Assembly (NCBI GenBank): GCA_964016885.1
Contig: OZ024743.1
Span: 128,898,001 to 128,962,000, forward strand
Length of the DNA: 64,000 nt
From: Eledone cirrhosa
Lineage: Eukaryota
Reading direction: 5' to 3'
In this document: one piece after another, positions 14,501 through 28,130 of the stretch
How positions within the stretch are numbered: the stretch's first letter is position 1
How the letters are laid out: every line of letters starts with the position of its first letter
Notes under the pieces: model-generated
What the model was told of the DNA's origin: nothing
The model's database searches: none
Seen by the model: only the letters and a program-made list of their open reading frames with translations
Position numbers and translations under genes: made by a program

Positions 14501-17500
14501 GCACCAAGCACCAAACACAATGCACCCAGCACCAAACACCAAGGACCAGGCACCAAGCACCAAGCACCAAAAACCAAACACGAAACACGAAACACCAAGC
14601 ACCAAGCACCAAACACCAAACTCCAAGCACCAAGCACCAAACACCAAACACCAAGCACCAAGCACCAAGCACCAGGCACCAAACACCAAGCACCAAGCAC
14701 CAAACACCAAGCAACAAGCACCAAACACCAAACACCAAACACCAAACACCAAACAACATACAGCAAACACCAAACACCAAAAAGCAAACACCAAACACCA
14801 AACAGCAAACACCAAACAACAAACACCAAACAACAAACACCAAACAGCAAACAGCAAACACCAAACACCAAGCACCAAGCACCAAACAGTAAGCACCAAA
14901 CACCAAGCACCAAGCACCAAACACCAAACACTAAGCACCAAGCACCAAACACTAAGCACCAAGCACCAAACACCAAGCACCAGGCACCAAACACCAAGCA
15001 CCAAGCACCAAGCACCAAACACCAAACACCAAGCACCAAAGACCAAGCACCAAGCACCAAACACCAAGCACCCAGCACCAAACACCAAGCACTAAACACC
15101 AACCACCCAGCACCAAGCACCAAACACCAAGCACCAAGCACCTAAAACCAAACACCAAACACCAAGCACCAAGCACCAAGCACCAAACACCAAGCACCTA
15201 GCACCAAACACCAAACACCAAGCACAAAACACCAAGCACCAATCACCAAGCATCAAACACCAAGCAGCCAGCAGCAAGCACCAAACACCAAACACCAAGC
15301 ACCAAGCACCAAAAACCAAACACCAAGCACCAAGCACCAAACACCTAACACGAAGCACCAAGCACCAAGTACCAAGCACCAAACACCAAGCACCAAACAC
15401 CAAGCACCAAACACCAAGCACCAAACACCAAACACCAAGCACCAAACACCTAACACCAAACACCAAGCACCAAACACCAAGCACCAAACACCAAACACCA
15501 AGCAACAAGCATCAAACACCTAACACCAAGCACCAAACACCAAGCACTAAGCACCAAGCACCAAGCACCAAACACCAAGCACCAAACACCAAGCACCAAA
15601 CACCAAGCACCAAGCACCAAACACCAAGCACCAAGCACCAAACACCAAGAACCAAGCACCAAGCACCAAGTACAAACACCAAGCACCAAGCACCAAACAC
15701 CAAGCACCAAGCACCAAGCATCAAACACCAAGCACCAAACACCAAGCACCAAGCACCAAGCATCAAACACCAAGCATATAACACCAAACACCAAACACCA
15801 AACACCAAACACCAAACACCAAGCACCAAACACCAAGCACCAAACACCAAGCACCAAACACCAAGCACCAAGCACCAAACACCAAGCACCAAGCACCAAA
15901 CACCAAGAACCAAGCACCAAGCACCAAGTACAAACACCAAGCACCAAGCACCAAACACCAAGCACCAAGCACCAAGCATCAAACACCAAGCACCAAACAC
16001 CAAGCACCAAGCACCAAGCATCAAACACCAAGCATATAACACCAAACACCAAACACCAAGCACCAAACACCAAACACCAAGCACCAAGCACCAAACACCT
16101 AACACCAAGCACCAAACACCAAGCACCAAACACCAAGCACCAAGCACCAAGCACCAAACACCAAGCACCAAACACCAAGCACCAAACACCAAGCACCAAG
16201 CACCAAACACCAAGCACCAAGCACCAAACACCAAGAACCAAGCACCAAGCACCAAGTACAAACACCAAGCACCAAGCACCAAACACCAAGCACCTAGCAC
16301 CAAACACCAAACACCAAGCACCAATCACCAAGCACCAAACACCAAGCAGCCAGCACCAAAAACCAGACACCAAGCACCAAGCACCAAAAACCAGACACCA
16401 AGCACCAAGCACCAAACACCTAACACCAAGCACCAAGCACCAAGTACCAAGCACCAAACACCAAGCACCAATCACCAAACACCAAACACCAAGCACCAAG
16501 CACCAAGCACCAAGCACCAAACACCAAGCACCAAACACCAAGCACCAAACACAAGCACCAAGCACCAAACACCAAGCACCAAGCACCAAACACCAAGCAC
16601 CAAGCACCAAGCATCAAACACCAAGCACCAAACACCAAACACCAAGCACCAAGCACCAACATCAAACACCAAGCATATAACACCAAGCACCAAGCACCAA
16701 GCAAAAAGCACCAAACACCATGCACCAAACACCAAACACCAAGCACCAAACACCAAACACCAAGCACCAAGCACCAAACACGTAACACCAAGCACCAAAC
16801 ACCAAGCACCAAACACCAACCACCAAACACCAAGCACCAAGCACCAAGCACCAAACACCAAGCACCAAACACCAAGCACCAAACACCTAACACCAAGCAC
16901 CAAGCACCAAGTACCAAGCACCAAACACCAAGCACCAAACACCAAACACCAAGCACCAAACACCAAACACCAAGCACCAAGCACCAAACACCTAACACCA
17001 ACCACCAAACACCAACCACCAAACACCAAGCACCAAGGACCAAGCACCAAGCACCAAGCACCAAATACCAAGCACCAAACACCAAGCACCAAGCACCAAG
17101 CACCAAGTACAAACACCAAGCACCAAGCACCAAACACCAAGCCCCAAGCATCAAACACCAAACACCAAACACCAAGCACCAAGCACCAAGCATCAAACAC
17201 CAAGCATATAACACCAAACACCAAACACCAAGCACCAAACACCAAGCACCAAGCACCAAGCACCAAGCACCAAGCATCAAACACCAAACACCAAGCACCA
17301 AGCATCAAACACCAAACACCAAGCACCAAACACCAAGCACAAATCACCATGCATCAAACACCAAGCAGCCAGCAGCAAGCACCAAACACCAAACACCAAA
17401 CACCAAGCACCAAAAACCAAACACCAAGCACCAAGCTCCAAACACCAAGCACCAAGCACCAAACACCAAGCACCAAGCACCAAGCACCAAACACAAAGCA

Positions 17501-17581
17501 CCAAAGACCAAGCACCAAGCACCAAACACCAAGCACCCAGCACCAAACACCAAGGACCAAGCACCAAGCACCAAGCACCAA
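11572..17581 (+). repeat. Left-domain ~6.0 kb higher-order unit, copy 2 (tandem to copy 1)
   Basis: Matches 5690-11571 apart from a 21-bp deletion near 12220, 168 extra bp near 15250-15420 and a few SNPs. Identity ends at 11571/17581 (CACCAAT vs CACCAAA-AACC). Confidence 0.92.
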
Positions 17582-19380
17582 AAACCAAACACGAAACACG
17601 AAATACCAAGCACCAAGCACCAAACACCAAACTCCAAGCACCAAACACCAAACACCAAGCACCAAGCACCAAGCACCAGGCACCAAACACCAAGCACCAA
17701 GCACCAAACACCAAGCACCAAGCACCAAACACCAAACACCAAACACCAAACAGCAAACAACATACAGCAAACACCAAACACCAAAAAGCAAACACCAAAC
17801 ACCAAACAGCAAACACCAAACAACAAACACCAAACAACAAACACCAAACAGCAAACAGCAAACACCAAGCACCAGGCACCAAACACCAAACACCAAGCAC
17901 CAGGCACCAAACACCAAGCACCAAGCACCAAACACCAAGCACCTAGCACCAAACACAAAGCACCAAGCACCAAACACTAAGCACCAAGCACCAAACACCA
18001 AGCACCAAGCACCAAACACCAAGCACCAAGCACCAAGCACCAAACACCAAACACCAAGCACCAAAGACCAAGCACCAAGCACCAAACACCAAGCACCCAG
18101 CACCAAACACCAAGCACTAAACACCAACCACTCAGCACCAAGCACCAAACACCAAGCATCAAGCACCAAGCACCAAACACCAAGCACCTAGCACCAAACA
18201 CCAAACACCAAGCACAAAACACCAAGCACCAATCACCAAGCATCAAACACCAAGCAGCCAGCAGCAAGCACCAAACACCAAACACCAAGCACCAAGCACC
18301 AAAAACCAAACACCAAGCACCAAGCACCAAACACCTAACACCAAGCACCAAGCACCAAGTACCAAGCACCAAACACCAAGCACCAAACACCAAACATCAA
18401 GCACCAAGCACCAAGTACCAAACACCAAGAACCAAGAACCAAACACCAAGCACCAAGCACCAAGTACAAACACCAAGTACCAAGCACCAAGCACCAAACA
18501 CCAAGCACCAAGCACCAAACACCAAGAACCAAGCACCAAACACAAAACACCAAGCACCAAGCACCAAGCATCAAACACCAAGCAGCAAACACCAAACACC
18601 AAGCACCAAGCACAAAACACAAAGCACCCAGCACCAAACACCAAGGACCAAGCACCAAGCACCAAAAACCAAACACCAAACACAAAACACAAAGCACCAA
18701 GCACCAAACACCAAACTCCAAGCACCAAGCACCAAGCACCAAACACCAAACACCAAGCACCAAGCACCAAGCACCAGGCACCAAACACCAAGCACCAAGC
18801 ACCAAACACCAAGCACCAAGCACCAAACACCAAACGCCAAACACCAAACACCAAGAACCAAGAACCAAACACCAAGCACTAAGCACCAAGCACCAAACAC
18901 CAAGCACCAAGCACCAAACACAAAACACCAACCACCAAGCACCAAGCATCAAACACCAAGCAGCAAACACCAAACACCAAGCACCAAGCACCAAGCACCA
19001 AACACAATGCACCCAGCACCAAACACCAAGGACCAAGCACCAAGCACCAAGCACCAAAAACCAAACACGAAACACGAAACACCAAGCACCAAGCACCAAA
19101 CACCAAACTCCAAGCACCAAGCACCAAACACCAAGCACCAAGCACCAAGCACCAGGCACCAAACACCAAGCACCAAGCACCAAACACCAAGCAACAAGCA
19201 CCAAACACCAAACACCAAACACCAAACACCAAACAACATACAGCAAACACCAAACACCAAAAAGCAAACACCAAACACCAAACAGCAAACACCAAACAAC
19301 AAACACCAAACAACAAACACCAAACAGCAAACAGCAAACACCAAACACCAAGCACCAAACACCAAATACCAAGCACCAAG
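17582..19380 (+). repeat. Partial, more diverged copy of the left-domain unit (similar to ~13.0-14.9 kb)
   Basis: ORFs 18243..18875 and the start of 19007.. resemble 13750..14361 and 14520..; same landmark order with several indels. Confidence 0.75.
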
Positions 19381-22300
19381 CACTAAACACCAAACACCAA
19401 GCACCAAGCACCAAGCACCAAGCACCAAACACCAAACAGCAAACACCAAACACCAAACACCAAGCACCAAACACCAAGCACCAAGCACCAAGCACCAAAC
19501 ACCAAGCACCAAGCACGAAAAACCAAACACCAAGAACCAAGCACCAAACACCAAACACCAAGTACCAAGCACCAAACACCAAACACCAAAAACCAAGCAC
19601 CAAACACCAAACACCAAGCACCAAGCACCAAGCACCAAACACCGAGCACCAAGCACCAACCACCAAACACCAACCACCAAGCTGCAACCACCAAACGCAA
19701 GCACCAAGCACCAAACACCAAACACCAAGCACCAAGCACCAAGCACCAAACACCAGGCACCAAGCTCCAAACACCAAGCACCAAGCACCAAGCACCAAAC
19801 ACCAAGCACCAAACACCAAGCACCAAGCACTAAACACCAAACACCTAGCACCAAGCACCAAACACCAAGCACCAAGCACCAAGCACCAAACACCAAGTCC
19901 CAAGCACCAAGCACCAAGAAACAAATACCAAACACCAAGCACCAAGCACCAAACACCAAGTACCAAGCACCAAGCACCAAACATCAAGCACCAAGCACCA
20001 AGCACCAAACACCTAGCACCAAGCACCAAACACCAAGCAACAAGCACCAAGCACCAAACACCAAGCACCAAGCACCAAGCACCAAATACCAAACACCAAG
20101 CACCAAGCACCACACATCAAACACCAAACACCACACACCAAACACCAAACAGCAAACACCAAACAGCAAACACCAAACACCAAATAGCATACACCAAACA
20201 GCAAACAGCAAACACCAAACAGCAAACACCAAATACCAAACACCAAGCACCAAGCACCAAGCACCAAGCACAAAACATCAAGCACCAAGCACCAAGAACC
20301 AAGCACCAAGCACCAAACACCAAACACCAAGCACCAAACACCAAACACAGCAACCAAGCACCAAACACCAAACACCAAGCACCAAGAACCAAACACTAAG
20401 CACCAAGCACCAAGCATCAAGCACCAAACACCAAGCACCAAGCAAAAAGCACCAAACACCAAATACCAAGCACCAAACACCAAACACCAAGCACCAAGCA
20501 CCAAACACCAAATACCAAGCACCAATCACCAAACACCAAGCACCAAGCACCAAGCACTAAACAACAAGAACCAAGCACCAAGCACCAAACACCAAGCACC
20601 AAGCACCAAGCACCAAACACCAAACACCAAGCATCAAGAACCAAGCACCAAACACCAAGCACCAAGCACCAAACACCAAACACCAAGCACCAAACACCAA
20701 ACACAAGAACCAAGCACCAAACACCAAACACCAAGCACCAAGCACAAAGCACCAAGCACTAAGCAGCAAGCACGAAGCACCAAGCACCAAACACCAAGCA
20801 CCAAGCACCAAGCACCAAACACCAAGCACTAAGCACCAAACACCAAGCACCAAGCACCAAACAACAAGCACCAAGCACCAAACACCAAGCACCAAGCACG
20901 AAACACCAAACACCAAACACCAAACACCAAACAGCAAACACCAAACACCAAACACCAAACACCAAAAACCAAGCACCAAGCACCAAGCACCAAACACCGC
21001 ACACCAAGCACCAAACACTAAACACCAAGCACCAAGCACAAAGCACCAAGCACGAAACACCAAACACCAAGCACCAAACACCAAACACCAATCACCAAGC
21101 CCCAAACACTAAACACCAAGCACCAACCACCAAACACCAAACACCAAGCACCAAGCACCAAGCACCAAACACCAAGCGCCAAGCACCAAACAACAAGCAC
21201 CAATCACCAAGCATCAAGCACCAAGCACCAAGCACCAAGCACCAAACACCAAGCACCAAGCACCAAGCACCAAACACCAAGCACCAAACACCAAGCACCA
21301 AACACCAACCACCAAGCACCAAGCACGAAGCACCAAAAACCAAGCACCAAGCACCAAGCACCAAACACCAAGCACCAAACACCAAACACCAATCACCAAC
21401 CATCAAACACCAAGCACCAAGCGCCAAGCACCAAACACCAAGCACCAAGCACCAAACACCAAGCACCAAGCACCAAGCACCAAACACCAATCTTCAAACA
21501 CCAATCACCAAAGACCAAGAACCAAGCACCAAACACCAGACACCAAGCACCAAGCACCAAACACCAAGAACCAATCACCAAGCACCAAACACCAAACACC
21601 AAGCACCAAGCACCAAACACCAAACACGAAGCACCAACACCAAACACCAAACACCAAACACCAAGCACCAAGCACCAAACCCCAAGCACCAAACACCACC
21701 CACCAAACACCAAACACCAAACACCAATCACCAAGCACCAAACACCAAGCACCAAGCACCAAGCACCAAACAACAATCACCAAGCACCAAGCACCAAACA
21801 CCAAGCACCAAGCACCAAACACCAAACACCTAGAACCAAGCACCAAACACCAAGCACCAAGCACCAAGCACCAAACACCAAGCACCAAGCACCAAGCACC
21901 AAACACCAAACACCAAACGCCAAGCACGAAGCACCAAACACCAAGTACCAAGCACCAAGCACCAAACATCAAGCACCAAGCACCAAGCACCAAACACAAA
22001 GCACCAAGCACCAAGCACCAAACACCTAGCACCAAGCACCAAACACCAAGCACCAAGCACCAAGCACCAAACACCAAGCACCAAGCACCAAGCACCAAAT
22101 ACCAAACACCAAGCACCAAGCACCACACATCAAACACCAAACACCACACACCAAACACCAAACAGCAAACACCAAACAGCAAACACCAAACACCAAATAG
22201 CAAACACCAAACAGCAAACACCAAACACCAAACAGCAAACACCAAACACCAAACACCAAGCACCAAGCACCAAGCACCAAGCACAAAACATCAAGCACCA

Positions 22301-23300
22301 AGCACCAAGAACCAAGCACCAAGCATCAAACACCAAACACCAAGCACCAAACACCAAACACAAGAACCAAGCACCAAACACCAAACACCAAGCACCAAGA
22401 AGCAAACACCAAGCACCAAGCACCAAGCAGCATGCACCAAACAACAAGCACCAAGCAACAAGCACCAAACACCAAATACCAAGCACCAAACACCAAACAC
22501 CAAACACCGAGCACCAAGCACCAAACACCAAACACCAAGCACGAAGCACCAAACACCAAGCACCAAGCACCAAGCACCAAACAACAAGAACCAAGCACCA
22601 AACACCAAACACCAATCACCAAGTACCGAACACCAAACACCAAGCACCAAGCACAAATCACCAAGCACTAAGCAGCAAGCACCAAGCACCAAGCACCAAA
22701 CACCAAGCACCAAGCACCAAGCACCAAACACCAAGCACTAAGCACCAAACACCAAGCATCAGGCACCAATCACCAAGCACCAAAGACCAAGCACCAAGCA
22801 CCAAGTACCACACACCAAGCACCAAAGACCAAACACCAAGCACCAAGCACCAAACACCAAGCACTAAGCGCCAAACACCAAACACCAAGCACCAAGAACC
22901 AAACACCAAACACCAAGCACCAAGTACCAAACACCAATCACCTAGCACCAAACACCAAACACCAAGCACCAGTCACCAAGCACCAAGCACTAAGCACCAA
23001 GCACCAAGCACCAAACACCAAGCACCAAACAGCAAGCACCAAACACCAAGAACCAAACACCAAGCACCAGACACCAAGCACCAAGCATCAAGCACCAAGC
23101 ATCAAGCACCAAACACCAAGCACCAAGCACCAAACACCAAGCACCAAACACCAAACACCAAACACTAAACAGCAAACAGCAAACAGCAAACACCAAACAC
23201 CAAACACCAAACACCAAACACCAAGCACCAAACACCAAACACCAAGCACCAAGCACCAAACACCTAACACCAAGCACCAAACACCAACCACCAAACACCA
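19380..23300 (+). repeat. Diverged relic zone of the satellite with its own ~2.0 kb-offset internal duplication
   Basis: Private variants (GCTGCAACC 19681, TCTTC 21491, CAGCATG ~22428, AGTCACC ~22971). ~19.95-20.4 kb recurs at +2013 (stop positions 20013/22026, 20117/22130, 20278/22291). The CAGCCAG-CAGCAAG and TACAAA landmarks were not seen here. Confidence 0.75.
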
Positions 23301-23679
23301 AGCACCAAGCACCAAGCACCAAGCACCAAACACCAAGCACCAAACACCAAGCACCAAACACCTAACACCAAGCACCAAGCACCAAGTACCAAGCACCAAA
23401 CACCAAGCACCAAACACCAAACACCAAGCACTAAACACCAAACACCAAGCACCAAGCACCAAGCACCAAACACCAAGCACCAAGCACCAAGCACCAAGCA
23501 CCAAATACCAAGCACGAAACATCAAGCACCAAACACCAAGCACCAAGCACCAAACACCAAACACCAAGCACCAAGCACCAAACACCAAGAACCAAGCACC
23601 AAACACCAAACACCAAGCACCAAGCACCAAACACCAAGCACCAAGCGCCAAAGACCAAACACCAAGCACCAAGCACCAA

Positions 23680-26600
23680 GCACCAAACACCAAGCACCAA
23701 GCTCCGAGCACCAAACACCAAGCACCAAGCACCAATCACCAAACACCAAGCACCTAGCACCAAACACCAAACACCAAGCACCAAGCACCAAACACCAAAC
23801 ACCAAGCACCCAGGACCAAAAACCAAGCACCCAGCACCAAACACCAAGCACCAAACACCAACCACTCAGCACCAAGCACCAAACACCAAGCACCAAGCAC
23901 CAAACACCAAACACCAAACACCAAGCACCAAGCACCAAGCACCAAACACCAAACACCAAACACCAAGCACCAAACACCAAACACAAAGCACCAGACACCA
24001 AGCACCAAACACCAAACACCAAACACCAAGCACCAAGCACCAAACACCAAACACCAAACACCAAGCACCAAACACCAAACACCAAGCACCAAACACCAAG
24101 CACCAGACACCAAGCACCAAACACCAAACACCAAACACCAAGCACCAAACACCAAGCACCAAGCACCGAATACCAAACACCAAGCACCGAGCACCAAACA
24201 CCAAGCACCAAAGACCAAACACCAAACAGCAAACACCAAACACCATACAGCAAACACTAAACACCAAAAAGCAGACACCAAACAGCAAACACCAAACACC
24301 AAACACCAAACACCAAACAGCAAACACCAAACACCAAGCACCAAGTACCAAACACCAAGAACCAAGAACCAAACACCAAGCACCAAGCATCAAGTACAAA
24401 CACCAAGCACCAAGCACCAAGCACCAAACACCAAGAACCAAGCACCAAACACAAAACACCAAGCACCAAGCACCAAACACCAAACTCCAAGCACCAATCA
24501 CCAAGCACCAAACACCAAACACCAAGCACCAAGCACCAAGCACCAAGTACAAACACCAAGTACCAAGCACCAAACACAAAACACCAAGCACCACGCACCA
24601 AGCATCAAACACCAAGCAGCAAACACCAAACACCAAGCACCAAGCACCAAACACAAAGCACCCAGCACCAAACACCAAGGACCAAGCACCAAGCACCAAG
24701 CACCAAAAACCAAACACGAAACACAAAACACCAAGCACCAAGCACCAAACACCAAACTCCAAGCACCAAGCACCAAGCACCAAACACCAAACACCAAGCA
24801 CCAAGCACCAAGCACCAGGCACGAAACACCAAGCACCAAGCACCAAACACCAAGCACCAAGCACCAAAGACCAAACACCAAACACCAAACAGCAAACTAC
24901 ATACAGCAAACACCAAACACAAAAAAGCAAACACCAAACACCAAACAGCAAACACCAAACAACAAACACCAAACAACAAACACCAAACAGCAAACAGCAA
25001 ACACCAAACACCAAGCACCAAGCACCAAACACCAAGCACCAGGCACCAAGCACCAAGCCCCAAGCACCAAACACCAAGCACCTAGCACCTAGCACCAAAC
25101 ACTAAGCACCAAGCACCAAACACTAAGCACCAAGCACCAAACACCAAGCACCAAGCACCAAACACCAAGCACCAAGCACCAAGCACCAAACACCAAACAC
25201 CAAGCACCAAAGACCAAGCACCAAGCACCAAGCACCAAACACCAAGCACCAAGCACCAAGCACCAAACACCAAGCACCTAGCACCAAACACCAAACACCA
25301 AGCACCAAACACCAAGCACCAATCACCAAGCATCAAACACCAAGCAGCCAGCAGCAAGCACCAAACACCAAGCACCAAGCACCAAAAACCAAACACCACG
25401 CACCAAGCACCAAACACCTAACACCAAGCACCAAGTACCAAGCACCAAACACCAAGCACCAAACACCAAACACCAAGCACCAAGCACCAAACACCAAGCA
25501 CCAAACACCAAACACCAAGCACCAAACACCTAACACCAAACACCAAGCACCAAACACCAAGCACCAAACACCAAACACCAAGCACCAAACACCTAACACC
25601 AAGCACCAAACACCAAGCACCAAACACCAAGCACCAAGCACCAAGCACCAAGCACCAAACACCAAACACCAAACACCAAGCACCAAGCACCAAACACCAA
25701 ACACCAAGCACCCAGGACCAAAAACCAAGCACCCAGCACCAAACACCAAGCACCAAACACCAACCACTCAGCACCAAGCACCAAACACCAAGCACCAAGC
25801 ACCAAACACCAAACACCAAACACCAAGCACCAAGCACCAAGCACCAAACACCAAACACCAAACACCAAGCACCAAACACCAAACACAAAGCACCAGACAC
25901 CAAGCACCAAACACCAAACACCAAACACCAAGCACCAAGCACCAAACACCAAACACCAAACACCAAGCACCAAACACCAAACACCAAGCACCAAACACCA
26001 AGCACCAGACACCAAGCACCAAACACCAAACACCAAACACCAAGCACCAAACACCAAGCACCAAGCACCGAATACCAAACACCAAGCACCGAGCACCAAA
26101 CACCAAGCACCAAAGACCAAACACCAAACAGCAAACACCAAACACCATACAGCAAACACTAAACACCAAAAAGCAGACACCAAACAGCAAACACCAAACA
26201 CCAAACACCAAACACCAAACAGCAAACACCAAACACCAAGCACCAAGCACCAAACACCAAGCACCAAGCTCCGAGCACCAAACACCAAGCACCAAGCACC
26301 AATCACCAAACACCAAGCACCTAGCACCAAACACCAAACACCAAGCACCAAGCACCAAACACCAAACACCAAGCACCCAGGACCAAAAACCAAGCACCCA
26401 GCACCAAACACCAAGCACCAAACACCAACCACTCAGCACCAAGCACCAAACACCAAGCACCAAGCACCAAACACCAAACACCAAACACCAAGCACCAAGC
26501 ACCAAGCACCAAACACCAAACACCAAACACCAAGCACCAAACACCAAACACAAAGCACCAGACACCAAGCACCAAACACCAAACACCAAACACCAAGCAC

Positions 26601-28130
26601 CAAGCACCAAACACCAAACACCAAACACCAAGCACCAAACACCAAACACCAAGCACCAAACACCAAGCACCAGACACCAAGCACCAAACACCAAACACCA
26701 AACACCAAGCACCAAACACCAAGCACCAAGCACCGAATACCAAACACCAAGCACCGAGCACCAAACACCAAGCACCAAAGACCAAACACCAAACAGCAAA
26801 CACCAAACACCATACAGCAAACACTAAACACCAAAAAGCAGACACCAAACAGCAAACACCAAACACCAAACACCAAACACCAAACAGCAAACACCAAACA
26901 CCAAGCACCAAGTACCAAACACCAAGAACCAAGAACCAAACACCAAGCACCAAGCATCAAGTACAAACACCAAGCACAAAGCACCAAGCACCAAACACCA
27001 AGAACCAAGCACCAAACACAAAACACCAAGCACCAAGCACCAAACACCAAACTCCAAGCACCAAGCACCAAGCACCAAACACCAAACACCAAGCACCAAG
27101 CACCAAGCACCAAGTACAAACACCAAGTACCAAGCACCAAACACAAAACACCAAGCACCACGCACCAAGCATCAAACACCAAGCAGCAAACACCAAACAC
27201 CAAGCACCAAGCACCAAACACAAAGCACCCAGCACCAAACACCAAGGACCAAGCACCAAGCACCAAGCACCAAAAACCAAACACGAAACACAAAACACCA
27301 AGCACCAAGCACCAAACACCAAACTCCAAGCACCAAGCACCAAGCACCAAACACCAAACACCAAGCACCAAGCACCAAGCACCAAGCACCAAAGACCAAA
27401 CACCAAACACCAAACAGCAAACAACATACAGCAAACACCAAACACCAAAAAGCAAACACCAAACACCAAACAGCAAACACCAAACAACAAACACCAAACA
27501 ACAAACACCAAACAGCAAACAGCAAACACCAAACACCAAGCACCAAGCACCAAACACCAAGCACCAGGCACCAAGCACCAAGCACCAAGCACCAAACACT
27601 AAGCACCAAGCACCAAACACCAAGCACCAAGCACCAAACACCAAGCACCAAGCACCAAGCACCAAACACCAAACACCAAGCACCAAAGACCAAGCACCAA
27701 GCACCAAGCACCAAACACCAAGCACCAAGCACCAAGCACCAAACACCAAGCACCTAGCACCAAACACCAAACACCAAGCACCAAACACCAAGCACCAATC
27801 ACCAAGCATCAAACACCAAGCAGCCAGCAGCAAGCACCAAACACCAAGCACCAAGCACCAAAAACCAAACACCAAGCACCAAGCACCAAACACCTAACAC
27901 CAAGCACCAAGTACCAAGCACCAAACACCAAGCACCAAACACCAAACACCAAGCACCAAGCACCAAACACCAAGCACCAAACACCAAACACCAAGCACCA
28001 AACACCTAACACCAAACACCAAGCACCAAACACCAAGCACCAAACACCAAACACCAAGCACCAAACACCTAACACCAAGCACCAAACACCAAGCACCAAA
28101 CACCAAGCACCAAGCACCAAGCACCAAGCA
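23680..28130 (+). repeat. Older ~2.5 kb tandem duplication nested in the central unit, including a 665-bp-offset repeat
   Basis: Offsets +2567 (24257..24601 vs 26824..27168) and +2476 (25323..25529 vs 27799..28005). ~25660-26245 recurs at +665 (CACCGAA at 26066 and 26731). Confidence 0.85.

Noticed and set aside
596-20560. Long + strand ORFs (727, 739, 767, 517 aa) resembling mucin-like or low-complexity proteins
   Set aside because: Pure translations of the heptamer that overlap in several frames, start at chance CACCATG/CACAATG variants, and have no non-repeat domain or coding signals.
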